NCBI RefSeq assembly: GCF_001194135.2
Contig: NC_068984.1
Location: forward strand, 33,288,894 to 33,352,893
Reading direction: 5' to 3'
From: Octopus bimaculoides
Lineage: Eukaryota
Length of the DNA stretch: 64,000 nucleotides
Shown here: positions 51,995 to 63,789 of the stretch, in pieces
How the letters are laid out: the number at the start of each line of letters is the position of its first letter
How positions within the stretch are numbered: position 1 is the stretch's first letter
The notes under the pieces: generated by a model
What the model saw: only the letters and a program-made list of their open reading frames with translations
What the model was told of the DNA's origin: nothing
Databases searched by the model: none
Translations under genes and position numbers: made by a program

Positions 51995-52355
51995 TGGCAC
52001 TCCATCGCTTACGACGTCGAGGAGTTCCAGTTCATCCGATCAATGGAACAGCCTGCTAGTGAAATTAACGTGCAAGTGGCTGAGCAAACGACAAACACGT
52101 GTACCCTTAACGTAGTTCTCGGGGACATTCAGCGTGACACAATGTGACAAGGCTGACCCTTTGAATTACAAGCACAACAGAAACAGGAAGTAAGAGTGAG
52201 AGAAAGTTGTGGTGAAAGAGTACAGCAGGGTTCGCCACCATCCCTTGCCGGAGCCTCGTGGAGCTTTAGGTGTTTTCGCTCAATAAACACTCACAACGCC
52301 CGGTCTGGGAATCGAAACCACGATCCTATGACCGCGAGTCCGCTTCCCTAACCAT
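51995..52355 (-). mobile_element. tRNA-headed SINE family C, head variant 1
   Basis: The reverse complement head is AATGGTTAGGGAAGCGGACTCGCGGTCATAGGATCGTGGTTTCGATTCCC (box A/B-like). The 3' body CAAAGGGTCAGCCTTGTCACA...CAGCCACTTGCACGTTAATT...GGAGTGCCA is shared with 53973-54288. Confidence 0.85.
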
Positions 52356-52359
52356 TTGA

Positions 52360-52545
52360 TCCAACACCTGCTGATGCCCTGAATTTCGAAAGCGAAGAAC
52401 AGCGTGACTTCTTCACAGCTCTGGCAATGGCCCTTTTATTCCTTTCTGAAGTAACCTTGTCAGCATCTTTCGGTTACTCATTCCTTCCATTTTCTATGCA
52501 AGAAACCTTCCTTGTTCAATTTCTGAAAACTTCGTAACTTAAAGC
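52360..52545 (-). mobile_element. Tc1-like transposase N-terminal relic
   Basis: Reads FSEIEQGRFLA*KMEGMSNRK and, after a frameshift, TSERNKRAIARAVKKSRCSSLSKFRASAGV (paired HTH region). Confidence 0.5.
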
Positions 52546-53730
52546 ATACTGGAAATGTAATCTAGATCACGGAGAATACGATTGTGTCCAATATTTTCCG
52601 AAAGGCTCTGGAAAGAAATGAAAATGTACTAGGGGCTTTATAATTTTTAACTGTTGATATGCTAGGAAAAATAAGAATATCAGGTGTAGTAATGTGATAA
52701 TGAAGGTACAAGGTTTATATTTCAAAGAATTCATGAAATTCCCGTTTACATTATATTATGCCTCTCAGTCCGCTTAAATACAAATTAAATTTCTAAATAA
52801 CTTTAAAGATCTTGTGGCTTTATAGTTTTGAATAGAAGTTTATGTGTGTGTGTGCATGATGTGTCTGTGTATGTGCGTGTTTGTGTGTGTGTGTGTGTGC
52901 ATGTGTGTGCATGTGTGTGTGTGTGTGCTTATAGAAACATACGATATAGCACAGGCACGTACACGCACGCATATAAATAGAAATGGAGATTCATATAACA
53001 GCACCTATACGCACAAGTACTTTATAAACCATGACATTTATATAGATGTACTTAAAATTACATGCTTGCCGTAACATACGTAAGAACAATATAAAAGGCT
53101 AAAATGGCATATAAGCCATCTATTCGAACTTTAAGATGTACAGGAAAATGAAATAAAATTTTAAAAAAAATATGTTGATTATTAAATATTTCGTGAAATA
53201 AAAGAAAATGTATTAAAAGGTGTAAATGTTAGAGATTTGTATCAGTCGAGTTGAACCATGATCGGTTACCTAAGCTCCCCTATTTTTCTAAACTTAAATG
53301 TTTGGATAATAACAATTGATTGTCCCCAAATTATTTTTATTGAAATGTAATGTGTTGGAAATGAAAATTTCCTGTTGATTTCAGTTAGCGTAATCGGCAT
53401 CTTCCCTGTTTTCACGTGTAAGGAATTTTAAATTTTACAGTGTTCGTTGCAAATTATACTCCATGTTTAAAGCTATGACTTCAGCTACGTTTTCAGCTAA
53501 TTGAGATGAATGATTTTTAAGCACTGCACATCTTCATAAAAGGTTTGTAAAAATATGTTCCCAGCAAGGCATTTGTATAACTTAGTGCATACGCATGTAA
53601 TATCCCTATATTGTCGACTACATAATTTCATCGGCAAGCCTTTTAAGCCTTGAAGTTACAATATAGGTTTATTCTTACTTGTTCTAGTAAGCTTAGTATG
53701 CAATTGATCATTATACTAATTATATACTTA

Positions 53731-53900
53731 TAGGCTGGGGTATATCTGTGAAGCTCGATTTGCAACCACGTGGTTTCGAGTTCAATGCCACAATGCGACA
53801 ATTTTGGAAAAGGATTTCTAGCATAACCTCGGGTCAAGGATTGCCTTGTGGGTGACTTTGGTAGACGGAAAATGTGAGGACATTGCATATATGTGTATGT
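53731..53900 (+). mobile_element. SINE family B, 5' half
   Basis: CAACCACGTGGTTTCGAGTTCAATGCCAC...CCTCGGGTCAA...GCCTTGTGGGTGACTTTGGTAGACGGAAA is the reverse-complement homologue of 61800-61936. Confidence 0.8.
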
Positions 53901-53972
53901 GCTTTGCTTGCACAAAGCACCCGAGTGTGTGTGTGTTTGTGTGTGCGTGTGTGCGTATATGTGTGTGAATTT

Positions 53973-54288
53973 GCGTGGCTTAGTGTTTAGGTTATTCTGC
54001 TCACGACCATAAGGTCGGGAGTTCAATTCTTGGCGACGCGTTGTGTCCTTGAGCAAGACACTTTATTTCACATTGCTCCAGTCTACTCAGCTAACAAAAA
54101 TGAGTAGTACCTATATTTCAAACGGCCAGCCTTGTCACATTCTATGGCACCCTAAATCTCTCTGAGAACTACATTAAGGATACGCATATCTGTGGAGTGC
54201 TCAGCCACTTGCACGTTAATTGCACGAGGAAGACGATCTGTTGATCAAATCAACTGGAACTCTCATCTTCGCAACCGACGGAGTACCA
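53973..54288 (+). mobile_element. tRNA-headed SINE family C, head variant 2
   Basis: Box A-like GCGTGGCTTAGTGTTTAGG and box B-like GGAGTTCAATTC, then TTGTGTCCTTGAGCAAGACACTT. The 3' body is shared with 51995-52355. Confidence 0.88.
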
Positions 54289-54302
54289 GTTAATCATTGT
54301 GG

Positions 54303-54347
54303 CACAGACACGTATACCCTTAACGTAGTTGTCGGGGAGATTCAGCG
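54303..54347 (-). mobile_element. SINE family C fragment, inverted relative to the adjacent copy and cut by a gap
   Basis: CACAGACACGTATACCCTTAACGTAGTTGTCGGGGAGATTCAGCG is the reverse-complement homologue of about 54150-54195. Confidence 0.8.
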
Positions 54348-54629
54348 NNNNNNNNNNNNNNNNNNNNNNNNNNNNNNNNNNNNNNNNNNNNNNNNNNNNN
54401 NNNNNNNNNNNNNNNNNNNNNNNNNNNNNNNNNNNNNNNNNNNNNNNNNNNNNNNNNNNNNNNNNNNNNNNNNNNNNNNNNNNNNNNNNNNNNNNNNNNN
54501 NNNNNNNNNNNNNNNNNNNNNNNNNNNNNNNNNNNNNNNNNNNNNNNNNNNNNNNNNNNNNNNNNNNNNNNNNNNNNNNNNNNNNNNNNNNNNNNNNNNN
54601 NNNNNNNNNNNNNNNNNNNNNNNNNNNNN

Positions 54630-54765
54630 TTTGTTTCTCATCCCCAGGGTTCTGGGTTCAGTGCTATTTCGTAGCACCTCGGTAATTATCTTCTATTATA
54701 GCCACTTGCCGATCAAAGACTAGTGAGTAGATGTAGTAAGCAGAAACTCAAAGAATCCCGTCACA
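54630..54765 (+). mobile_element. SINE family B, 5' half
   Basis: GGTTCTGGGTTCAGTGC...TCTTCTATTATAGCC...GTGAGTAGAT...CAGAAACTCAAAGAATCCCGTC followed by (CA)n. Confidence 0.7.
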
Positions 54766-56151
54766 CACACACACACACACATACACACACACACACACAC
54801 ATACACGCACACACATATTACATTACACCTGTCAAAAAACAATGTTTCTTTTCATAAGAAATCCTTTATTTACGAAGAATTTAATTTGTGTATATCTTTG
54901 GTAGCATGCGTTTCTATTTTAATCTCCCGCTGTTCAGCTTAACATCAGTCATTAACATTTAAATTATGCTTCGCTGAAGATGTTTTGGGTGACAGAAATA
55001 TGACTTGTAGTGTAACCGTCCTGCCAAATATCAGAATTCATTGAATGTTTCACTGATTTTAAGTTATAACCATTCAGGGACTGTGTTCCCTCTCAAGTAA
55101 CTATTATTAAAGGTATACATTTAGTTTATTAAGATTTCTTGATCGAATTCATTACGTATATTTGCTAGCATCTTTGCAAACAAGCATTTCTGAATATTTT
55201 CCAGTTGTCACTCAGTTGTGAATATCCAGATAATTTGAATTCATTATAGAAAAAAGGATTATCACCCGGGATGGTGTCATGTAAAGCTCTTATGCACTTA
55301 ACATCATGTTCTCACATTTATTTCTTGGAAAAGCATAACTGATCCATTTAGCCAAATGTATATTCTCACGTGATATAGCACTACATAATGTTAGAAACAA
55401 AAGAATTAATGAATAAATACCAAGATTCAAGACATGATTTCAACAAACATATGAAGCACTATATTGTCTATAACGTCATTTATCTAAATACAGAATGAAC
55501 AATTCGCTTAATTTTCATCTCTTCTCGCTAAATACAGCTGCGATGCCCAGTCAATAGTTATAACTTCCGTGTTGAATTATTCGCATCGTAAATTTGAAGC
55601 ATCAATTTCATTTCGGAAACAACAGTAGATTCAATTAGCCGCTAATATCCTAAAGAACAGGATGGACATCACGATCACCCATTTCTATGCCACATTGAAA
55701 CTAGTAAGTGTGGCGTGTATGGGTTAACGTATGGTAGTCCTTTGTTTACAATACAAAGCTATGAACACTTTACGATTGCATCTTTTGTAAAATTGCTTTC
55801 AGAAATGATAGTAGGGAAAAATATTCAAAACCTATAATTATCATCTTTGAAGTATTGGAGATATAGCATTCCCTATTTATTTTGCTTGTCTCCTTATATT
55901 TTATATTTACTGAAATACATTTTGCCATTATATTTGTTTGTTTTGAATTAATGATTAACTGCTTAAGTTTCTCTATTACTTGTTATATAATTCAAATTTG
56001 CCGTCCTACTAAACATCCGTTGTGCGAATGACTATGATAGAGATATAAGTAGAAAGCAATACATTTTATACATATACACATATATGTGTGTGAGTATACA
56101 CTCGCACACGTACACGTACAGTAAGAAATACCGCCGTGCAAACACCCATTG

Positions 56152-56241
<90 letters not shown>

Positions 56242-58761
56242 NNNNNNNNNNNNNNNNNNNNNNNNNNNNNNNNNNNNNNNNNNNNNNNNNNNNNNNNNNN
56301 NNNNNNNNNNTATATAGATAGATAGATAGATAGATAGATATAGATAAATAGATATATAGATACGTGTTTTGATGTATGTACGTATACATATATGTCTGTA
56401 TAGATATGTTTGTGTGTGTATGCTTTTTGTTCGTGCGTGTAAGTAAATATGAGTGAGTACCGTATTTGATAATTTTGTAATTTTTGATGTAGAAAATGAT
56501 TTTAGGCTTGTAACAACTTATGTAGTTTCTGTTTTTTTATCTGTATGTAATTCGTACGTATACTACACGGTTCTTTGATTTTGGCGAGTTCAATTTTTCG
56601 TTTCTGCCTCTTTCTATATGGTTTACTGAGCTTTTATTTTATTAGGCAATCTTTTGACATATTCCGAAGCTATCCACTTCCTTACGAGGGCATATTATAC
56701 ATGCATGTAAGTATATTCGGTTATAATTTTGCTAGGTTTCATGCACGCAACCATCTACACACTTATACATAGGGAATTGGAAATAAATTTGATAGATAAA
56801 ATAGTTATCCTGAATGGTAGAGAGGTGATTAATATTATTTTATTTGATATTGCTTTTCAAATTCAGGATACTGACCACTTAAATTTCTCTTAGTTCCGTT
56901 TAGCTTCGTATATATACATGTGTGTGTAAAATATATACGCATACACAAACACACACACACATATATGTATGCACGTATATAGAGAGAGGGACAGAGAGAG
57001 AGAAAGAAGTATATATGCATATATACATACATATATATACACATACAGACATATATATATGTATATATATATATATATNNNNNNNNNNNNNNNNNNNNNN
57101 NNNNNNNNNNNNNNNNNNNNNNNNNNNNNNNNNNNNNNNNNNNNNNNNNNNNNNNNNNNNNNNNNNNNNNNNNNNNNNNNNNNNNNNNNNNNNNNNNNNN
57201 NNNNNNNNNNNNNNNNNNNNNNNNNNNNNNNNNNNNNNNNNNNNNNNNNNNNNNNNNNNNNNNNNNNNNNNNNNNNNNNNNNNNNNNNNNNNNNNNNNNN
57301 NNNNNNNNNNNNNNNNNNNNNNNNNNNNNNNNNNNNNNNNNNNNNNNNNNNNNNNNNNNNNNNNNNNNNNNNNNNNNNNNNNNNNNNNNNNNNNNNNNNN
57401 NNNNNNNNNNNNNNNNNNNNNNNNNNNNNNNNNNNNNNNNNNNNNNNNNNNNNNNNNNNNNNNNNNNNNNNNNNNNNNNNNNNNNNNNNNNNNNNNNNNN
57501 NNNNNNNNNNNNNNNNNNNNNNNNNNNNNNNNNNNNNNNNNNNNNNNNNNNNNNNATATATATATATTCATTCACGTCGACATACACTTACACCTCTAGA
57601 AGTTACACGCATATTTTGGTTTCCTGACAAACATTTGATATACATATAGAATGAAATAAGCTGTGTCATGTAATGTTATAAAAAAAGGCTGCTTCTGATT
57701 CGGATTAAACCAGTCGCTATGGTGCTGTAATGTTCCGCCAGTCCTAAAGTTATTAACATCAACGGTAGCTCTCTATATCCACGCAGTGGGATTACTCGTG
57801 TTCAGTCTGAGCTCTCTCTATCAAACTCATCTACATATGAGGCCTTTACAGGGCAACTAGCAGTATATATAAATAGAAAATCTGCGAAAGTCTTCACTTT
57901 GAATGTACGGTATTCGAATAAATCATTTTTATTTTATTGCAGTTTTAACAAAAGTTGAATTTATCATATTTATTCATAACTGAATCTTTAATAATTGATT
58001 CTCTAGAAATGAATATTTCGATTTATATTTTTATTTCTTTGATCGATAAAATCATAAAGGTCAGCATACGTTTTTTTAATAAAGCAGACTCTAATTTGCA
58101 TCATTCTTTCTGAAGTGCAACACATAAAGATTCCATGCTTTTAAAAGCTCTTCATTTTGACTTGATTTGATAATCTACTATACATTTTCAATAGGTTTTA
58201 TATGTCTAGACTGTTCCAGAGTGTCAAGTCCAAATCAAAGTATGAAGTTCATGACCTTAGTAAAAGCTGTTTGATTAATATGGCAGAAAACGATGTGTAT
58301 TACCATACTAGTATATGGACAGATTTGATACGGAAAAAAAGTTATTATAAATTTAAGAAAAGTTTTTTTCGTAATTGTCTTCTTTTTAATACTATGCATT
58401 ATCATTTTCGCGTAAAAAAAATGACCATTTGGAAGAGATGTTCGCGGTATCGTCCCACTATTTGTGTGATTACGCCCAAAATACTAATTTAAATAGTAGG
58501 AAACTTCTATGACAGTTTAGATTTACGGTTTACGCTTTGGTCTTTACAGACGATCTAATGTAGACCAAACACGCGGACAGTAGTTTATTTCATCTAAATG
58601 CATTTATTTAATTTTTTTTATCGAAATATCCAGCAATTAGGCTAAACCCTGCTTTCTCTCAATTTCAACAAATTTTTTATCGTTATTTCTTGCACTCGGA
58701 GTACTGTTCTCAGGTCATATGCTTATTTTCAGAATATTTTTGTTTTACCTTTTATAGATGA

Positions 58762-59114
58762 CTAGCAGAGGCACCCGGCGTAGCTCGGGAATGAAATTGT
58801 TGCTTATATACTTGAAGAAAAAAAGGCAAAATATGCTGTAGATGGACTCTCAGATGAATGATAGCTGGGCGCCTCTCATGAATGGGGAAAATTGAAGATG
58901 TGCCAAAAAGCCTCATTGGTACTTGGAAACTTTTACGAAAATTAAAATGTGGCTTAAATGAAAAAAATGATTTACGTGAATATCCTCACAAGAGTAATTG
59001 AAATAAATTGCGATTGTGGAACCCCTTACGCACGCACGAAAGCACACACGCACGCGCACGCACACACAGAGTATCACACATCAGATGAAATGGAAGTGTG
59101 TGTGTATGTGTGAC

Positions 59115-59147
<33 letters not shown>

Positions 59148-60248
59148 GGTTTGTTGTCATATATACGTACATGCATAAATATGCATACATCTTTGTGTGT
59201 ATGCGTGTGTAAGAGAGAGAGAATGAGTAAAGCTATACTATATATAAAACAGAGACGTGTGTGTAATCGACTACACCAAATGCTTCCATACTTGTGATGC
59301 GTGAATAATTTGACCTCGGATAAATGTTAGGCTCTTCATTTGATTTTTTTTATCTCTAATTAAAAATAAATAATATTGCTTTATATTTAAGATTCACTTC
59401 TTTAAAAAGATTCCTCAATGTCAACTTCCGGTATTGACGTTACAACGGCAAAAAGCTTTACTCTCTATTTTGTGTGTGAGTGTGTGTGTGAGTGTGTATG
59501 AGAGAGAGAGTAAATACTACATACACACCGCTCTCTCACTCTGTCTCACACACACACACTCCTTGACTCACTCACACCCTGTCTCTTACAAACACACACA
59601 TACATAAATATATACAAAGATATTTACAAAGACACANNNNNNNNNNNNNNNNNNNNNNNNNNNNNNNNNNNNNNNNNNNNNNNNNNNNNNNNNNNNNNNN
59701 NNNNNNNNNNNNNNNNNNNNNNNNNNNNNNNNNNNNNNNNNNNNNNNNNNNNNNNNNNNNNNNNNNNNNNNNNNNNNNNNNNNNNNNNNNNNNNNNNNNN
59801 NNNNNNNNNNNNNNNNNNNNNNNNNNNNNNNNNNNNNNNNNNNNNNNNNNNNNNNNNNNNNNNNNNNNNNNNNNNNNNNNNNNNNNNNNNNNNNNNNNNN
59901 NNNNNNNNNNNNNNNNNNNNNNNNNNNNNNNNNNNNNNNNNNNNNNNNNNNNNNNNNNNNNNNNNNNNNNNNNNNNNNNNNNNNNNNNNNNNNNNNNNNN
60001 NNNNNNNNNNNNNNNNNNNNNNNNNNNNNNNNNNNNNNNNNTACATACACAGCGCTCTCTCACTCTGTCTCACACACATACACACGCACACATACATCCA
60101 AAAATGATGGATGCATATGACAACAAACCTCTCTCTCTCACTCACACTCTGTCTCTTACAAACACACACATACATAAATATATACAAAGATATTTACAAA
60201 GACACATGTGTGTATGCGCGTGTGCGCGTGTGTGCTGTGTGTGTGTGT

Positions 60249-60290
<42 letters not shown>

Positions 60291-61043
60291 GAGAGACAGA
60301 AACAGAGAGAGACAGAGCCAGTGAAGGGGTGTGTCGACAATTACACGTACATACATAAATAGTCATACATTTCTTGTACGTATGTGTCAGAGAGAAAGAG
60401 AGTCACTGAAACATCTCTCTGTCTGTCTATCTGTCTGCCTGTCTCTCTCTCTCACACACACGTGCAGATATACACACAGAAAAGTTGTATGCATGTGTAT
60501 TTATGTATGTACATAGACATCACAACACACCCCTTCACTCACACACATACAGAAACACACATGTGCCCCCCCCCCCCAAAAAAAAAATAATAGAAAATGT
60601 ATTTACGGAAATTAACGAAGTGTGCGAGTTCAGAACGAAATCAAACCTGGAGTGTGTGAATGAGAGAGCGAGAGAGAGAATATATGAGATGAACATGGAA
60701 CGCCCAAAAATCGTATAAATAAAAGCACATTAAAAACTATCTTGTACGGAATATTGAAATTTATGAACTTCGTAAATATGTGTTTCAGTAATTGATCGTA
60801 GTAGAGAGTGAGAGACGTCGCCGTTTTTTCACGTCCGTACCGGAAGTTGACATTGAGAAACCTTTTTAAAGAAGTGAATCTTAAATATAAAGCAATATTA
60901 TTTATTTTTTAAAATCAAATGAAGAGCCTAAGATTTATCCGAGGTCAAATTATTTATGTATCACAAGTATTGAAGTAAATAGTGAAGCCGTTTTCACGTG
61001 AAAAGCGATTACACACACACCTCTGTTTTATATATAGTATAGA
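58762..61043 (-). mobile_element. Non-autonomous Helitron with internal minisatellites and an inverted copy of its own 5' end
   Basis: On the minus strand the 5' end is A|TCTATACTATATATAAAACAGAG (61043) and the 3' end is CCCGAGCTACGCCGGG hairpin + 8 nt + CTAG|T (58762). This gives the TC...CTAG termini, GC hairpin and A/T insertion site that define Helitrons. Confidence 0.8.
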
Positions 61044-61520
61044 TAGATTAAAGAAATACCTAACTTTCTTCATGTGAATTCGATATTTATAGTTTTCTTT
61101 TTTAATTTTTTATCAAGATATTCTGACGATATATTCTTCATGAGAATTTAAAGCTGTAACACTTACTGCGATATTGTCAAGTTACATAGAGGGATATATT
61201 ATAATTTTTAACTAAAAAAATATTGCGAAATTTTGCGTTTGTTTCGAGGAGGGAAGCCTACCGTGGTGTGTGTGTGCGTGTGTGAGTGTGTCTGCGTGTA
61301 TGTGTGTGTGTGTGTGTGTGTGGATGAATGTTTATGGGAACTTGCGAATATCTGTGTGTGTCAGTGAATGTCATATTTTCAAGAGGAGAGAAAGAAACTC
61401 AAAATGTATGGAGTACAGATTGTTTATTTAAACTGAATTCTTTTTCAGGTGGTTCGAGTCCCCAACCAATGAAATCTCTACTCAGCACTAGTTTTCTCTC
61501 GATACACACAACGCTCTGAT

Positions 61521-61936
61521 ACTCTTTTACTTGTTTCAGTCTTTTGACTGCGACCATGCTGGAGTGCCGCCTATAATCGAGCAAATTGACGCCAGGACTT
61601 ATTCTTTATAAGCATAGTACTTATTCTATCGGGTATTTTTGCCGAACCGCTATGTTCTATCGGGTATTTTTGCCGAACCGCTAAGTTACGGGGACGTAAA
61701 CACTCCAGCATCGGTTGTCAAGTGACGTTTGGAGAGGGGGCGGGGCAAACACAGACACGCAAATATACACACACACACATACATATATATACATATATAC
61801 GACGGGCCTCTCTCAGTTTCTGCCTGCCAAATCCACTCACAAGGCTTTGGTCGGCCTGAGGCTATAGTAGAAGACACTCGCCCAAGGTGCCACGTAGTGG
61901 GACTGAACTCGGATCTATGTGGTTCGCAAGCAAGCT
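61521..61936 (-). mobile_element. SINE family B, full length, with a 33-bp internal tandem duplication
   Basis: Collinear with 34793-35198. TTCTATCGGGTATTTTTGCCGAACCGCTA occurs twice (about 61624 and 61657). Confidence 0.9.
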
Positions 61937-62094
61937 AAGGGGATTTTTTATGGACTATGAAAGTGTTTATTACTTCCTTACTTCTGGTGTCTTATTAGAA
62001 CCATCTGTAGATGTTTTAATTTAATTTGATATTTCGTTTGATGTTATATATTTCAGCGGTCCGCTTCCCATTTTTTTTTTTAATGTCATTATTT

Positions 62095-62220
62095 CTTAGC
62101 TCTACCACCGAGGTCGACGTTTCCTTTTATGCTTTCGGAAACCACCAGGGTCGATGTAATCGACTGGCTCCCTCCCCAAAAATTTCAGGCCTTGTGCTTA
62201 TAGTAAAAAGGATTATTATT
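62095..62220 (+). mobile_element. SINE family A, 3' part
   Basis: ACCGAGGTCGAC...GGGTCGATGTAATCGACTGGCTCCCTCCCCAAAAATTTCAGGCCTTGTGCTTATAGTAAAAAGGATTATTATT. Confidence 0.8.
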
Positions 62221-62666
62221 CTTTAGCTCTCATTGTCAATAAGTTGTCTTACTGAATTTCCTGTAATTAGAATGTAATTTTCCTGAAAACCATTTTGTTT
62301 AGATGTTTAATCCAGGAGCTATACTTGACTATTTCAAGTGTAAATGTATTCTGTTTTAATAAGACTTATACTACTTGATTATTTATTTCCCAAATATTCC
62401 TTGGTTGGTTCATAAGCCGTCATGTGGCACACTATTGATTAAATCATTCATATTCTACTTTCCCCCAGTTGTCGTTCTGGTAGTTATAAATAAATCTTGA
62501 TAAATGCTGACTTTACTGTAATGCATCTTGTGTGGTTCATTTGTCTATCAGATTACACTAAATGATTATTACAAGGAATCATAATGTTTATATACTTATA
62601 TTTGTGTATTTTTGTACATATATATATATATATATATATATTTATGTGTATATGTGTGTGTATACA

Positions 62667-62706
<40 letters not shown>

Positions 62707-63343
62707 TCGCGTGTGGTATGCATTCCTAAATGTATCAATGTCACAGATACTGTACTTATTTTTTTAAATAATTACTTGGCATATTTCTGTGGCAGCAAAT
62801 TAAACGAATATTATTTTTATATGGCAGAAAGTTTATATAAAATGAGTTACGAANNNNNNNNNNNNNNNNNNNNNNNNNNNNNNNNNNNNNNNNNNNNNNN
62901 NNNNNNNNNNNNNNNNNNNNNNNNNNNNNNNNNNNNNNNNNNNNNNNNNNNNNNNNNNNNNNNNNNNNNNNNNNNNNNNNNNNNNNNNNNNNNNNNNNNN
63001 NNNNNNNNNNNNNNNNNNNNNNNNNNNNNNNNNNNNNNNNNNNNNNNNNNNNNNNNNNNNNNNNNNNNNNNNNNNNNNNNNNNNNNNNNNNNNNNNNNNN
63101 NNNNNNNNNNNNNNNNNNNNNNNNNNNNNNNNNNNNNNNNNNNNNNNNNNNNNNNNNNNNNNNNNNNNNNNNNNNNNNNNNNNNNNNNNNNNNNNNNNNN
63201 NNNNNNNNNNNNNNNNNNNNNNNNNNNNNNNNNNTATATATATATATATATATATATCAAGATGTTGAAAAGAACATGTAATGACTATAAGAATAACAAT
63301 AAATTTACATGTGTAATGCTCTTGTATGAGAATATAGAGAGAA

Positions 63344-63378
<35 letters not shown>

Positions 63379-63755
63379 AAGAGAGACTGAGACAAGCAGA
63401 GAAAGAGGCAGACAATCAGGCAGACAGGTCGACAGGCAGACTGCGGCAGTCACACTTAGGTTAAACAGTTCTTTAAGACGTAACTAATGCATATTAATAT
63501 ATAACTTTACTTATGTATATCTATGTTTATATCTAATTATGCTTGTAAATATAAATATGCATGTATAAATATACAAACATGTATATGTCTATTTATATAC
63601 GTGTATTTCAATCAGTGTATACATGCGTATAAGTACACGAAGAGGGAGGAAGAGAAAGAGAAACGTGCTACATATATATCACTTAAATCACTGATACATA
63701 TATATATATATATACATAAAGAAATATATGCTCTCTTGCTCTCACACAAGCACAG

Positions 63756-63789
<34 letters not shown>

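Noticed and set aside
53973-54045. tRNA gene-like sequence (also at 52290-52355 and 61870-61936)
   Set aside because: These are box A/B-containing SINE heads that continue into repeat bodies, with no intact cloverleaf acceptor stem.
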